Origin: Escherichia phage vB_EcoM_G53
Length of the DNA stretch: 64,000 nucleotides
Sequence record: MK327943.1
Reading direction: 5' to 3' (one strand)
Both the position numbers and the translations under genes were made by a program. Positions 42,025-51,395 of the stretch are shown piece after piece. Each line of letters opens with the position of its first letter. Position 1 is the first letter of the stretch. The notes under the pieces are model-generated. The model saw only the letters and a list, made by a program, of their open reading frames with translations. It was not told where the DNA came from and searched no databases.

Positions 42025-43593
42025 ATGACTACTATCAAAACTAAAGCTCAGCTCGTAGACAAATGGAAAGAACTGCTGGAAGGTGAAGGCCTGCCGGAAA
42101 TCGCTAATAGCAAGCAGGCTATTATCGCTAAAATCTTCGAAAACCAGGAAAAAGATTTCGAAGTATCCCCTGAATATAAAGACGAGAAAATCGCTCAGGC
42201 ATTTGGTTCTTTCTTGACCGAAGCTGAAATTGGTGGTGACCATGGTTATAATGCTCAGAACATCGCAGCAGGTCAAACCTCTGGTGCAGTAACCCAAATT
42301 GGGCCGGCAGTTATGGGTATGGTTCGTCGTGCTATTCCTAATCTGATCGCCTTTGATATTTGTGGTGTTCAGCCTATGAACAGCCCGACCGGTCAGGTAT
42401 TTGCTCTCCGTGCAGTATATGGTAAAGACCCTATCGCTGCTGGCGCTAAAGAAGCTTTCCATCCGATGTATGCCCCAGACGCGATGTTCTCTGGTCAGGG
42501 TGCTGCTAAGAAATTCCCAGCTCTGGCTGCTGACACTACTACTGTTGTAGGTGATATCTATACTCACTTCTTCCAAGAAACTGGTACTGTATATCTGCAA
42601 GCTTCTGCTATCGTAACACTTGATTCTGGTGCAACTGATGCAGCTAAATTAGATGCAGAAGTTAAGAAACAAATGGAAGCTGGTGCACTGGTAGAAATCG
42701 CTGAAGGTATGGCTACTTCTATCGCTGAACTCCAGGAAGGTTTCAACGGTTCTACCGATAACCCATGGAATGAAATGGGCTTCCGTATCGACAAACAAGT
42801 TATTGAAGCTAAATCTCGTCAGCTGAAAGCAGCTTACTCCATAGAATTGGCACAAGACCTCCGTGCAGTACACGGTATGGATGCTGATGCTGAACTGAGC
42901 GGTATTCTGGCTACAGAAATTATGCTAGAAATCAACCGTGAAGTTGTTGATTGGATTAACTACTCTGCACAGGTTGGTAAATCTGGTATGACCCTGACTC
43001 CGGGTTCTAAAGCTGGTGTATTTGACTTCCAGGACCCGATTGATATCCGTGGTGCTCGTTGGGCCGGTGAAAGCTTTAAATCTCTGTTGTTCCAGATTGA
43101 TAAAGAAGCAGTTGAAATTGCTCGTCAAACCGGTCGTGGTGAAGGTAACTTCATTATCGCTTCCCGTAACGTAGTTAACGTACTGGCTTCAGTTGATACT
43201 GGTATTTCTTACGCTGCACAGGGTCTGGCTTCTGGTTTTAATACCGACACTACTAAGTCTGTATTTGCCGGTGTACTTGGTGGTAAATACCGCGTATACA
43301 TCGACCAGTATGCTAAACAGGATTACTTCACCGTTGGTTACAAAGGCGCTAACGAAATGGATGCAGGTATTTACTATGCTCCTTACGTTGCACTTACCCC
43401 ACTGCGTGGTTCCGATCCTAAGAACTTCCAGCCGGTAATGGGCTTTAAAACTCGTTATGGTATCGGTGTTAACCCGTTTGCTGAAAGTTCCCTGCAGGCT
43501 CCAGGTGCTCGCATCCAGTCCGGTATGCCGTCTATCCTGAACAGCCTTGGTAAGAATGCTTACTTCCGCCGTGTATATGTAAAAGGCATCTAA
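42025..43593 (+). CDS. 23: major capsid protein gp23
   Basis: 522 aa, T4 size and order. Confidence 0.95.
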   Translation: MTTIKTKAQLVDKWKELLEGEGLPEIANSKQAIIAKIFENQEKDFEVSPEYKDEKIAQAFGSFLTEAEIGGDHGYNAQNIAAGQTSGAVTQIGPAVMGMVRRAIPNLIAFDICGVQPMNSPTGQVFALRAVYGKDPIAAGAKEAFHPMYAPDAMFSGQGAAKKFPALAADTTTVVGDIYTHFFQETGTVYLQASAIVTLDSGATDAAKLDAEVKKQMEAGALVEIAEGMATSIAELQEGFNGSTDNPWNEMGFRIDKQVIEAKSRQLKAAYSIELAQDLRAVHGMDADAELSGILATEIMLEINREVVDWINYSAQVGKSGMTLTPGSKAGVFDFQDPIDIRGARWAGESFKSLLFQIDKEAVEIARQTGRGEGNFIIASRNVVNVLASVDTGISYAAQGLASGFNTDTTKSVFAGVLGGKYRVYIDQYAKQDYFTVGYKGANEMDAGIYYAPYVALTPLRGSDPKNFQPVMGFKTRYGIGVNPFAESSLQAPGARIQSGMPSILNSLGKNAYFRRVYVKGI

Positions 43594-43617
43594 TCTTAAT
43601 TGATTAAATCTTATTTT

Positions 43618-43647
43618 GGGAGACTTCGGTCTCCCATTTTTGGTTTT
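43618..43647 (+). terminator. rho-independent terminator after gene 23
   Basis: GGGAGAC-TTCG-GTCTCCC then ATTTTTGGTTTT. Confidence 0.8.
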
Positions 43648-43915
43648 ATTTCTGTGCAATTTCGATGTAAGTTTTCAAAATATTTTGCCAATTAGGCATA
43701 CCTTCTTGGACATATGCCGGAGAACCGTCTTTGTTTTTGAATGATGCAAGTTTATCAGTGGCCCAATAACCTTTAGCTCGAGCTTCAGAATCAACTTTCA
43801 TCCATACTTTGTTGAAGGCATTACCATTAACTTTTGCACCATATTTTTCTACTAACTTAACTGCTTCAGCTTCCAGAACTTTTAAAGTATCTCGTAAGAA
43901 ACGTGCTTTAGTCAT
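43646..43915 (-). CDS. hypothetical protein (89 aa) on opposite strand between genes 23 and 24
   Basis: ATG 43915 with own PeSL early promoter; occupies the site where T4 carries segD but has no endonuclease motifs. Confidence 0.55.
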   Translation of the reverse strand: MTKARFLRDTLKVLEAEAVKLVEKYGAKVNGNAFNKVWMKVDSEARAKGYWATDKLASFKNKDGSPAYVQEGMPNWQNILKTYIEIAQK

Positions 43916-43936
43916 TTTGTTTACTCCTCTGTAGTT

Positions 43937-43974
43937 GATAAGTCTATAGTATCACATACCAAATACGTTGTAAA
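43937..43974 (-). promoter_or_regulatory. early promoter (PeSL-type)
   Basis: Minus strand TTTACA (43969-43974) - 17 bp - TACTAT (43946-43951). Confidence 0.6.
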
Positions 43975-43981
43975 CAATCTT

Positions 43982-43989
43982 TATAAATA
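43982..43989 (+). promoter_or_regulatory. late promoter (TATAAATA) for gene 24
   Basis: Exact TATAAATA about 28 nt upstream of the gene 24 ATG. Confidence 0.6.
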
Positions 43990-44016
43990 ATCTATATCAC
44001 ATAAGGAAAAAATGCA

Positions 44017-45300
44017 ATGAGTAAAATCCAAAAATTATTGCGTGAATCTACAACGTCTACTAGCAACTCAATTGGTCGCCCAAATCTCGTTGCTTTGACT
44101 CGCGCTACGACTAAATTAATATATTCTGACATTGTAGCAACACAAAGAACTAATCAACCTGTTGCTGCTTTTTATGGTATCAAATATCTTAACCCGGATA
44201 ATGAATTCACATTTAAAACCGGTGCTACTTATGCTGGCGAAGTTGGATATGTAGACCGAGAAAAAATTACTGAACTCACAGAAGAATCAAAAGTCACACT
44301 AAATAAAGGTGATTTTTTCAAATATAATAATATCGTCTATAAAGTGTTAGAAGATACACCATTTGCAGATATTCAAGAAAGTGATCTAGAATTAGCTCTT
44401 CAGATTGCAGTCGTTCATTTAAAGGTACGGTTATTTTCAGATGCAGCGGTAACAAGCAAATTTGAAAGCTCTGATAGCGAAATTTCTGATGCAAGATTCC
44501 AGATTAATAAATGGCAAACTTCAGTCAAATCTCGCAAACTTAAAACTGGTCTCACGGTTGAATTAGCGCAAGATTTGGAAGCGAATGGATTTGATGCCCC
44601 TAACTTCTTAGAAGATTTGCTTGCTACTGAAATGGCTGATGAAATTAATAAAGATATTCTTCAGTCTTTAATTACTGTATCGAAACGTTATAAAGTTACT
44701 GGAATTACTGACACCGGATTTATTGACTTGAGCTATGCATCCGCTCCAGAAGCAGGTCGTTCATTATATCGAATGGTGTGTGAAATGGTATCACACATTC
44801 AAAAAGAGACAACTTATACTGCAACGTTTTGTGTAGCCTCAGCTCGTGCAGCTGCTATTCTTGCTGCTTCTGGTTGGTTAAAACATAAGCCAGAAGATGA
44901 CAAGTATCTTTCACAAAATGCTTATGGATTCTTGGCAAATGGATTACCTCTTTACTGCGATACCAACAGTCCGTTAGATTATGTTATTGTGGGTGTTGTA
45001 GAAAATATCGGCGAAAAAGAAATTGTAGGGTCCATCTTTTATGCTCCATACACTGAAGGAGTAGATTTAGATGACCCGGAACATGTCGGTGCATTTAAAG
45101 TTGTAGTTGATCCGGAAAGTTTGCAACCGTCTATCGGATTATTGGTTAGATATGCTTTATCAGCAAATCCTTACACAGTAGCAAAAGACGAAAAAGAAGC
45201 GAGAATAATTGATGGCGGGGACATGGATAAAATGGCGGGACGTTCAGATTTGTCTGTTTTATTAGGTGTTAAGCTACCAAAAATTATTGTTGATGAATAA
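44017..45300 (+). CDS. 24: head vertex protein gp24
   Basis: 427 aa, T4 size and order. Confidence 0.95.
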   Translation: MSKIQKLLRESTTSTSNSIGRPNLVALTRATTKLIYSDIVATQRTNQPVAAFYGIKYLNPDNEFTFKTGATYAGEVGYVDREKITELTEESKVTLNKGDFFKYNNIVYKVLEDTPFADIQESDLELALQIAVVHLKVRLFSDAAVTSKFESSDSEISDARFQINKWQTSVKSRKLKTGLTVELAQDLEANGFDAPNFLEDLLATEMADEINKDILQSLITVSKRYKVTGITDTGFIDLSYASAPEAGRSLYRMVCEMVSHIQKETTYTATFCVASARAAAILAASGWLKHKPEDDKYLSQNAYGFLANGLPLYCDTNSPLDYVIVGVVENIGEKEIVGSIFYAPYTEGVDLDDPEHVGAFKVVVDPESLQPSIGLLVRYALSANPYTVAKDEKEARIIDGGDMDKMAGRSDLSVLLGVKLPKIIVDE

Positions 45301-45305
45301 AACAA

Positions 45306-45327
45306 AGGGACCGTAAGGTCCCTTTTT
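45306..45327. terminator. bidirectional rho-independent terminator between gene 24 and rnlB
   Basis: GGGACC-GTAA-GGTCCC flanked by A-run upstream and T-run downstream. Confidence 0.75.
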
Positions 45328-45329
45328 CG

Positions 45330-46328
45330 TTATGATACTAATTCAATCCATGCAGGACGCAGAACATCTTGCACCATTCGGACTAATTCTTTCTTAACAA
45401 GATTCGGATTATCAGATGATGTTAATACAATACCTTCGCGAGAAGTTTCTTCCAGAATATCTTGAACAGTCAATCCCATCACTTTGCCAAAATCTTTTGG
45501 CGTTACAGCACCAATCTTAGAAATCACATTATTAATACGATTTAATGTAACATAACAAGCTAGAACATCAAGCAAGTTTTTGTCAGTTTCGGTTAATGGA
45601 ACCTGAGTTTTAATAGGCTTATCAGACTTTTTCTTTTCACTGAATTTAGAGTTCTTGCACTTAATAGCTACACGAGTACCGTTTGGCAACCATTTAGGGA
45701 AACAAGGCTTCAGAACATAACCTTCTGCCGTATTATCGCCAATAACATTAGCATCAAATACGCAATTATTTGCTTCGACAAGGTCTTCCGATGCCGTGGC
45801 GTTATAAGCGGCTAAAACGGAATCAAGGTCATTTGGAATCATGATAAGAGAATCAAATGTTCCACGACCAAGCATTGGTGCCATTTTAAAACCGAATTCA
45901 TTACAGAAATCTTGCATTTCGTAATCGGTCAAATACGTATTATCACCACTTTCTGTATTGATAAGGATATCGAACACATAAAAATCTTTTTCACCGTAGT
46001 CAACACCTTTCTGGATTCCACCACCAGCGAATTCACCAAAGACCTGATATGATACAGCTCGAGAACTACCCATTACTTCTTGAACGTTTTTAATAGCCTT
46101 ATCATACTTCTTGAGTACAATTTCATAACCATAAAAATCTTCTGCTGGAAGAATAGGGCCTGTGCGCTTGGCGCATGTGACGTTGTCACGTTCAATTATT
46201 AACGAGAAGTTAGTCCCATGGATTTTCTCACGTGCTACCCAAACACCAGTAGTCAAACCATTAGTGTAGAGTTTTTCAATAAACTTAGAGTTGTAGTGGT
46301 TTTCAAGACTGCTGTATTTCTTAAACAT
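45330..46328 (-). CDS. rnlB: RNA ligase 2 (RnlB)
   Basis: 332 aa; N-terminus [21 protein letters not shown] and ligase motif I KIHGTNF match my recollection of T4 Rnl2. Confidence 0.9.
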   Translation of the reverse strand: MFKKYSSLENHYNSKFIEKLYTNGLTTGVWVAREKIHGTNFSLIIERDNVTCAKRTGPILPAEDFYGYEIVLKKYDKAIKNVQEVMGSSRAVSYQVFGEFAGGGIQKGVDYGEKDFYVFDILINTESGDNTYLTDYEMQDFCNEFGFKMAPMLGRGTFDSLIMIPNDLDSVLAAYNATASEDLVEANNCVFDANVIGDNTAEGYVLKPCFPKWLPNGTRVAIKCKNSKFSEKKKSDKPIKTQVPLTETDKNLLDVLACYVTLNRINNVISKIGAVTPKDFGKVMGLTVQDILEETSREGIVLTSSDNPNLVKKELVRMVQDVLRPAWIELVS

Positions 46329-46447
46329 AAATCACCATTATAAATAATAATATCAAAATAATTAGCAGAGACTCTATCTCTGACCGGATGTTTAATTTGA
46401 ATGGATAGAACCTAGATTCATTATACCATCAAAAATTGTAAAGCATA

Positions 46448-46699
46448 TTAGAACTTGATTTCTATCCAATGACCATCACGCTGGTCGTGATTAATTTTGT
46501 ACTGAAAGCCATTATCACGAAGCCATTGACCGACTTGTTCAGTTATAGTTAAATCGTTCTTTGACGGGTAGTACGTGAATTGTGTCTGGCCTTTATCAGC
46601 GGCTTTCTCTGCCATCACAGAGAAGTTAGTAATAAAATCACTCAACAAATTAGCTTTAGTGGCCAGTGCCCTTTCTCTTAATTCCTGTGCAAAACTCAT
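46448..46699 (-). CDS. hypothetical protein (83 aa)
   Basis: ATG 46699 preceded by AAGGTGAAG; ATGA overlap with upstream gene. Confidence 0.55.
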   Translation of the reverse strand: MSFAQELRERALATKANLLSDFITNFSVMAEKAADKGQTQFTYYPSKNDLTITEQVGQWLRDNGFQYKINHDQRDGHWIEIKF

Positions 46700-46890
46700 T
46701 TCTTCACCTTTTTGTTAATCAAACGTTTACGGTATACAACTTTTTCTTTTGCTTTAAACTTTGACCGAGCTGTCTCGGCTTTAGTCCATAGTAATCCAAC
46801 TTCTTTAGGTTGTAAACCAATTTTTTGAGCAATTTCTACGAATGAAAATCCCGCCTCATGTAATGTATAAACTTCAACTTCAGCTCTCAT
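46696..46890 (-). CDS. small helix-turn-helix protein (64 aa), putative DNA-binding
   Basis: ORF track 46696..46896 begins at TTG; ATG 46890 used; segment YTLHEAGFSFVEIAQKIGLQPKEV looks like an HTH; basic C-terminus. Confidence 0.5.
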   Translation of the reverse strand: MRAEVEVYTLHEAGFSFVEIAQKIGLQPKEVGLLWTKAETARSKFKAKEKVVYRKRLINKKVKK

Positions 46891-46958
46891 AATCAATCCC
46901 GTATTATTTGGTTTGTGCCATTATATACATCAATCTCAAGTTGTGTTTTGTATGCTTT

Positions 46959-46986
46959 AAAAACGAAGAAAGGGGCCGAAGCCCCT
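46959..46986 (-). terminator. rho-independent terminator after hoc
   Basis: AGGGGC-TTCG-GCCCCT then UUCUUCGUUUUU on the minus strand. Confidence 0.7.
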
Positions 46987-46991
46987 TACGA

Positions 46992-48410
46992 TTATGGATA
47001 TGTATAGATGATACCAGTTTCCAAAGCAGTTTTATGGATGATGTATCCATTACGTGATTCTTGAACATCAACTTCCGGATAGTCTTTCATCATCTTCTGA
47101 AGAGTGTAACGATGCAGGTAGTATTTACTATCTGGATCTTCAGTTTTCCAATCTTTACCTTCTTCAGTCATTTTTTGGATTTCATCCATAACCCACCATC
47201 CGCACCAGATGTAAGCTGAAGTACGATGTGGAAGAGGATGAACATAAGGTAATTCACCTTCTGGTTCCGGAGCAACTTTATCAGTTACCTGAACTTGACC
47301 TTCTGCTGTAATAGTTTTGCTATCGTAATCAGTTGCAGTAATAGTTGCAGTAACTTCAATAGTTTGACTTCCAATAGATGAGGTATCAACGGTATATACA
47401 TTAGTTGACCCTTCTACAGGAGAAGAATCTTTCTTCCATGAATACTCGATTTGCGCTTCTTCTGGAGCATCAGTGACATTAGCGGTAAATGTAGCCGAAG
47501 CATCTTGCTGAACGTTAATAGAAGGAGGAGTCAATGTAACCCGTGGATTCATTGTCTTCTTATTAACCGTTAATGATACTTCATTCGAAGTAACTTCCTT
47601 TGCATCATAATCTGTCGCGGTTACTTGGGCTACACATTTAATTCTTTTTACTCCACTTGTAGTCGGAGTATAGCTAAATGTAGAGTTAGTTTCTCCACCA
47701 ACCTGTGAATCATCTACATACCACTGATACGTAGCAGACGCTCCAACCGGTTGAGAAGCTAAGGCAGCAGTAAATTGAACTGGGGTTCCAATTACTCCGG
47801 CTGAAGGACTATTGGGAGTTACTGCCAACGTAGTTGTCTGTGTCTTTTTATTAACAGTCAGTGACACTTCATTAGAAGTAACGCTTAGTGCGTCATAATC
47901 TGTTGCGGTTACTTGAGCCACACACTTAATTCTTTTTACCCCGCTTTCGGCAGGAGTGTAATTGAACGTAGCGTTAGTTGCTTCGCCAACAGGAGAATCG
48001 TCTACATACCATTGATAAGTAGCGTTTGCGCCTGATGGCTGCGAAGCTAAAGCGGCGGTAAATTCAATAGCTGTTCCTATTACTCCAGCGTCAGGGCTAT
48101 TAGGAGTTATAGCCAGAGTAGTTGTCTGAGTTTTATTTTTAACTGTGATAGTTGCAGTAGCTTCTGCTGTTTCAGCTTCAGCGTCTGGAACTGTATTTGC
48201 TGCAACTACTTTAATAGTCTTTTGACCGGCAGGTCCTTTTAGTACATAACTAAAAGTTGCTTCAGCTCCATCTTGTGGAACATCATCCACAGTCCAAGCA
48301 TATGTAATAGTTCCACCTTCAGCCTGACCACTAGGTGTGGCAGTAAACTGCTGGGTCTGTCCTATAACTCCAGTAGGTGTTTTAGGAGTTATATTAACTG
48401 TAAAAGCCAT
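46992..48410 (-). CDS. hoc: highly immunogenic outer capsid protein Hoc, with an extra Ig-like domain
   Basis: 472 aa; N- and C-terminal regions near-identical to my recollection of T4 Hoc, including the C-terminal capsid-binding region PLPHRTSAYIWCGWWVMDEIQK; one Ig-like domain is tandemly duplicated. Confidence 0.9.
   Translation of the reverse strand: MAFTVNITPKTPTGVIGQTQQFTATPSGQAEGGTITYAWTVDDVPQDGAEATFSYVLKGPAGQKTIKVVAANTVPDAEAETAEATATITVKNKTQTTTLAITPNSPDAGVIGTAIEFTAALASQPSGANATYQWYVDDSPVGEATNATFNYTPAESGVKRIKCVAQVTATDYDALSVTSNEVSLTVNKKTQTTTLAVTPNSPSAGVIGTPVQFTAALASQPVGASATYQWYVDDSQVGGETNSTFSYTPTTSGVKRIKCVAQVTATDYDAKEVTSNEVSLTVNKKTMNPRVTLTPPSINVQQDASATFTANVTDAPEEAQIEYSWKKDSSPVEGSTNVYTVDTSSIGSQTIEVTATITATDYDSKTITAEGQVQVTDKVAPEPEGELPYVHPLPHRTSAYIWCGWWVMDEIQKMTEEGKDWKTEDPDSKYYLHRYTLQKMMKDYPEVDVQESRNGYIIHKTALETGIIYTYP
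47559..48134 (-). repeat. tandem duplication (2 x 288 bp) inside hoc encoding two near-identical 96-aa Ig-like domains
   Basis: Residues 93-188 and 189-284 are near-identical (both end KRIKCVAQVTATDYDA..VTSNEVSLTVNKK); coordinates derived from codon positions. Confidence 0.8.
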
Positions 48411-48419
48411 AAGCTATCC

Positions 48420-49088
48420 TTATTTTAATGTTATGAAAGAAGAATTACGAGTTTCACGAATTAGAACTGATCCATCGCGATTAATATAATAAATTAAGCT
48501 AAATAATGTTTGGTGAGCAGAAGCATGTACAAAACTAGTTGGGCGAGATTTCCAATCTGGGGTTTCGGCTATCCATTGATAAATCCACCAAGGAACAGTA
48601 ACATATCCTGGGGCTTTGCCTAATTTAATTAGTGTAGGACTAAAATTTTCAGGCAGAACAAATTTTACTTCTTTATTTACCTCTGGTTCAGGCTCTTTTT
48701 CAGATTCAACAACCTGAGTAATTGCTTCTTCGAATTTATCATGGCTGAATTCTTTTTCTTGTTCGACAACTTCTAATACTTCAACTTGTTCTGTTGGAGA
48801 ATCAAACAACAGAATAGCTTCTTCTTTAACTTCTTCGTTGGTGAAATTAACACCGTCCACATCATCTGCGGCAGTAATTAAATCAGTGATAGATAATCCA
48901 TCAGTTTCAGGTAATGGTTCATCAGCCAGTGCGTTAAGAGCTTCTTCGATATCAACAACAATATTATCGAATGATTTTGTTTTCTTAACACTAATGCCAA
49001 ATTGTTTCGCATATTCGAACAGTTTAGCTTTGGCTTCCTTTTTATCGGAAAGAGCACGTAACTCTTCAATATAGTCTTTATCGATCAT
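48420..49088 (-). CDS. inh: inhibitor of prohead protease (Inh)
   Basis: 222 aa at the T4 inh position between hoc and uvsW. Confidence 0.75.
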   Translation of the reverse strand: MIDKDYIEELRALSDKKEAKAKLFEYAKQFGISVKKTKSFDNIVVDIEEALNALADEPLPETDGLSITDLITAADDVDGVNFTNEEVKEEAILLFDSPTEQVEVLEVVEQEKEFSHDKFEEAITQVVESEKEPEPEVNKEVKFVLPENFSPTLIKLGKAPGYVTVPWWIYQWIAETPDWKSRPTSFVHASAHQTLFSLIYYINRDGSVLIRETRNSSFITLK

Positions 49089-49101
49089 AGTATTTCCTCA
49101 T

Positions 49102-49109
49102 TATAAATA
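49102..49109 (+). promoter_or_regulatory. late promoter (TATAAATA) for uvsW
   Basis: Exact TATAAATA about 30 nt upstream of the uvsW ATG; uvsW is a late gene in T4. Confidence 0.6.
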
Positions 49110-49138
49110 TAACTATATTTATTACATGGTAATTTGAC

Positions 49139-50653
49139 ATGACTGACATTAAAGTACATTTTCATGATTTTAGTCACGTTCGCATTGAATGCGACGAAAG
49201 TACGTTTTACGAACTTCGTGACTTTTTTAGCTTTGAAGCTGACGGGTATAAATTTAACCCGCGTTACAAATATGGGAACTGGGATGGTAGAATTCGTCTT
49301 TTAGATTACAACCGTTTGTTACCATATGGACTTGTAGGACAAATAAAAAAGTTCTGTAGCAATATGAGTTATTCTGTATGGATTGACCCTAAAATCTTTG
49401 AGACCGAAGACCTTACCAGAGAAGATTTTGACGCATGGCTTTCTAAACAAGAAATTTATTCGGGCAACTCCAAAATCGAACCACATTGGTATCAAAAAGA
49501 TGCAGTATATGAAGGACTAGTTAATCGTCGTCGAATTTTAAACCTTCCGACATCAGCAGGTAAATCACTAATCCAAGCACTTTTAGCTCGATATTATCTA
49601 GAGAACTATGAAGGTAAAATTCTCATTATCGTCCCTACAACAGCATTGACAACCCAGATGGCTAATGATTTTGTTGATTATCGCTTGTTTAGTCATTCGA
49701 TGATTAAGAAAATTGGCGGTGGTGCTGATAAAGCAGACAAATCTAAAAACGACGCTCCAATTATTGTTGGCACATGGCAAACGGTAGTTAAGCAGCCTAA
49801 AGAATGGTTCTCTCAGTTCGGTATGATGATGAACGATGAATGCCACTTAGCAACAGGCAAAAGTATTTCTTCAATCATCTCAGGATTAAATAATTGCATG
49901 TTTAAATTCGGTTTATCCGGCTCATTAAGAGACGGAAAAGCCAATGTAATGCAGTATGTAGGCATGTTCGGCGAAATCTTCCGTCCTGTTAGCACGTCTA
50001 AATTAATGGAAGATGGACAGGTAACTGAGCTTAAGATTAATAGTATTTTCCTTCGTTATCCGGACGAATTCACCGTTAAATTAAAAGGTAAAACATACCA
50101 AGAAGAAGTTAAAATTATTACCGGACTAAAACGTCGTACAAAGTGGATTGCTCAACTTTCGGTCAAATTGGCTAAGAAAGACGAGAACGCCTTTGTAATG
50201 TTTAAACACGTTACACACGGTAAAGAAATATTTGAAGCTATTAAAGAGCTTGGATACGAAAAAGTTTATTACGTATCAGGTGAAGTTGATACTGAAACAC
50301 GTAACGCGCTTAAAGTCATGGCAGAAAATGGTAAAGGCATTATTATTGTCGCATCATATGGAGTATTCTCTACTGGTATTTCAGTCAAGAATCTTCATCA
50401 TGTTATTTTTGCCCATGGTGTTAAATCAAAAATTATCGTACTTCAAACCGTAGGTCGTGTGCTTCGTAAGCACGGTTCTAAAGCTGTTGCTACAGTTTGG
50501 GATCTCATAGATGACGCAGGTGTAAAACCTAAATCATTAAATACTAAAAAGAAGTATACTCATCTTAATTACTTGTTAAAACACGGTATTGATCGTATCC
50601 AACGTTACGCTGATGAGAAATTTAACTATGTAATGAAAACAATTAATTTATAA
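49139..50653 (+). CDS. uvsW: UvsW RNA-DNA and DNA-DNA helicase
   Basis: 504 aa; DExH box MMMNDECHLA; T4 size and order. Confidence 0.95.
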   Translation: MTDIKVHFHDFSHVRIECDESTFYELRDFFSFEADGYKFNPRYKYGNWDGRIRLLDYNRLLPYGLVGQIKKFCSNMSYSVWIDPKIFETEDLTREDFDAWLSKQEIYSGNSKIEPHWYQKDAVYEGLVNRRRILNLPTSAGKSLIQALLARYYLENYEGKILIIVPTTALTTQMANDFVDYRLFSHSMIKKIGGGADKADKSKNDAPIIVGTWQTVVKQPKEWFSQFGMMMNDECHLATGKSISSIISGLNNCMFKFGLSGSLRDGKANVMQYVGMFGEIFRPVSTSKLMEDGQVTELKINSIFLRYPDEFTVKLKGKTYQEEVKIITGLKRRTKWIAQLSVKLAKKDENAFVMFKHVTHGKEIFEAIKELGYEKVYYVSGEVDTETRNALKVMAENGKGIIIVASYGVFSTGISVKNLHHVIFAHGVKSKIIVLQTVGRVLRKHGSKAVATVWDLIDDAGVKPKSLNTKKKYTHLNYLLKHGIDRIQRYADEKFNYVMKTINL

Positions 50654-50678
50654 GGGCTTCGGCCCTTAGGAGATAAAA

Positions 50679-50912
50679 ATGGTACTTGAATTTAAACAAT
50701 TTTTATACGAAGCATCTATTGACGAATTCATGGGTAAAATTGCTAGTTGTCATACCCTAGAAGGGCTTGAAGAATTGGAAGCTTATTATAAGAAACGTAT
50801 AAAAGAAACGGAATTAAAAGATACAGATGATATTTCTGTCAGGGATGCCTTAGCAGGTAAGCGTGCCGAACTTGAAGGCGACGATGATGAGGATGTGGAA
50901 GAAGACTTCTAA
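50679..50912 (+). CDS. uvsW.1: UvsW.1 small acidic protein
   Basis: 77 aa immediately after uvsW with SD AGGAG; T4 order. Confidence 0.8.
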   Translation: MVLEFKQFLYEASIDEFMGKIASCHTLEGLEELEAYYKKRIKETELKDTDDISVRDALAGKRAELEGDDDEDVEEDF

Positions 50913-50913
50913 T

Positions 50914-50944
50914 TAAAAAAAGGCCCGACCTTTTTGGAAGGGCC
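50914..50944 (-). terminator. rho-independent terminator for the minus-strand uvsY transcription unit
   Basis: GGCCC...GGGCC stem with U-rich loop followed by UUUUUUU on the minus strand; same hairpin family as 8482-8505. Confidence 0.65.
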
Positions 50945-50970
50945 AAAAACCATAGGCAAAAAAGGTAACA

Positions 50971-51138
50971 CTATAGTAAAAGTTGGGTTTCGTTCAATTG
51001 CTCTTCTGAACTTTCTGAAACCGGTAATTGTTGGACATAATTATAACAAGGACCAGGATGTGCTGGACCTTTGTCTGTTTCAACAACCAATGCAGAATCG
51101 ATTGGAGTTTTACAGACAACACAAATCTTATCTGACAT
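50971..51138 (-). CDS. small Cys-containing protein (55 aa), not in the ORF track; possible zinc-binding protein
   Basis: ATG 51138 six nt after GGAGG; translation MSDKICVVCKTPIDSALVVETDKGPAHPGPCYNY...; late promoter upstream. Confidence 0.55.
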   Translation of the reverse strand: MSDKICVVCKTPIDSALVVETDKGPAHPGPCYNYVQQLPVSESSEEQLNETQLLL

Positions 51139-51167
51139 GATTGCCTCCTAAGTTGAAATTACATATC

Positions 51168-51175
51168 TATTTATA
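51168..51175 (-). promoter_or_regulatory. late promoter (TATAAATA) upstream of the 55-aa ORF
   Basis: Exact TATAAATA on minus strand about 30 nt upstream of ATG 51138. Confidence 0.45.
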
Positions 51176-51395
51176 CAACTCTCATATGCATATCAATGCC
51201 CATATCTTTAGAATAAAAATATTCATCAAGATATCCGGCAAATTTTCCTTTAATATAAAGGACGTCTTCACCACACGGGTGGTCTGCCAGGATACGAATA
51301 TCCTGACGACGTAGACGATACTTTTCCATTAAGAATTTAATTTCAGTTTCAAATTCTTCGTCATTATTAAAGGCATCTTCAATTGAATAACGCAT
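51171..51395 (-). CDS. uvsY.-1: UvsY.-1-like small protein
   Basis: 74 aa directly downstream of uvsY with start/stop overlap; T4 order. Confidence 0.7.
   Translation of the reverse strand: MRYSIEDAFNNDEEFETEIKFLMEKYRLRRQDIRILADHPCGEDVLYIKGKFAGYLDEYFYSKDMGIDMHMRVV

Noticed and set aside
46339-46346. Exact TATAAATA on the plus strand upstream of rnlB region
   Set aside because: No plus-strand gene downstream; an 8-mer of A/T is expected by chance many times in a 64-kb AT-rich window, so only copies placed 17-45 nt upstream of a gene start were reported
50934-51140. Plus-strand 68-aa ORF from the track
   Set aside because: Starts at a TTG inside the terminator hairpin with no SD; the minus-strand 55-aa ORF with GGAGG-ATG and a late promoter explains the region better
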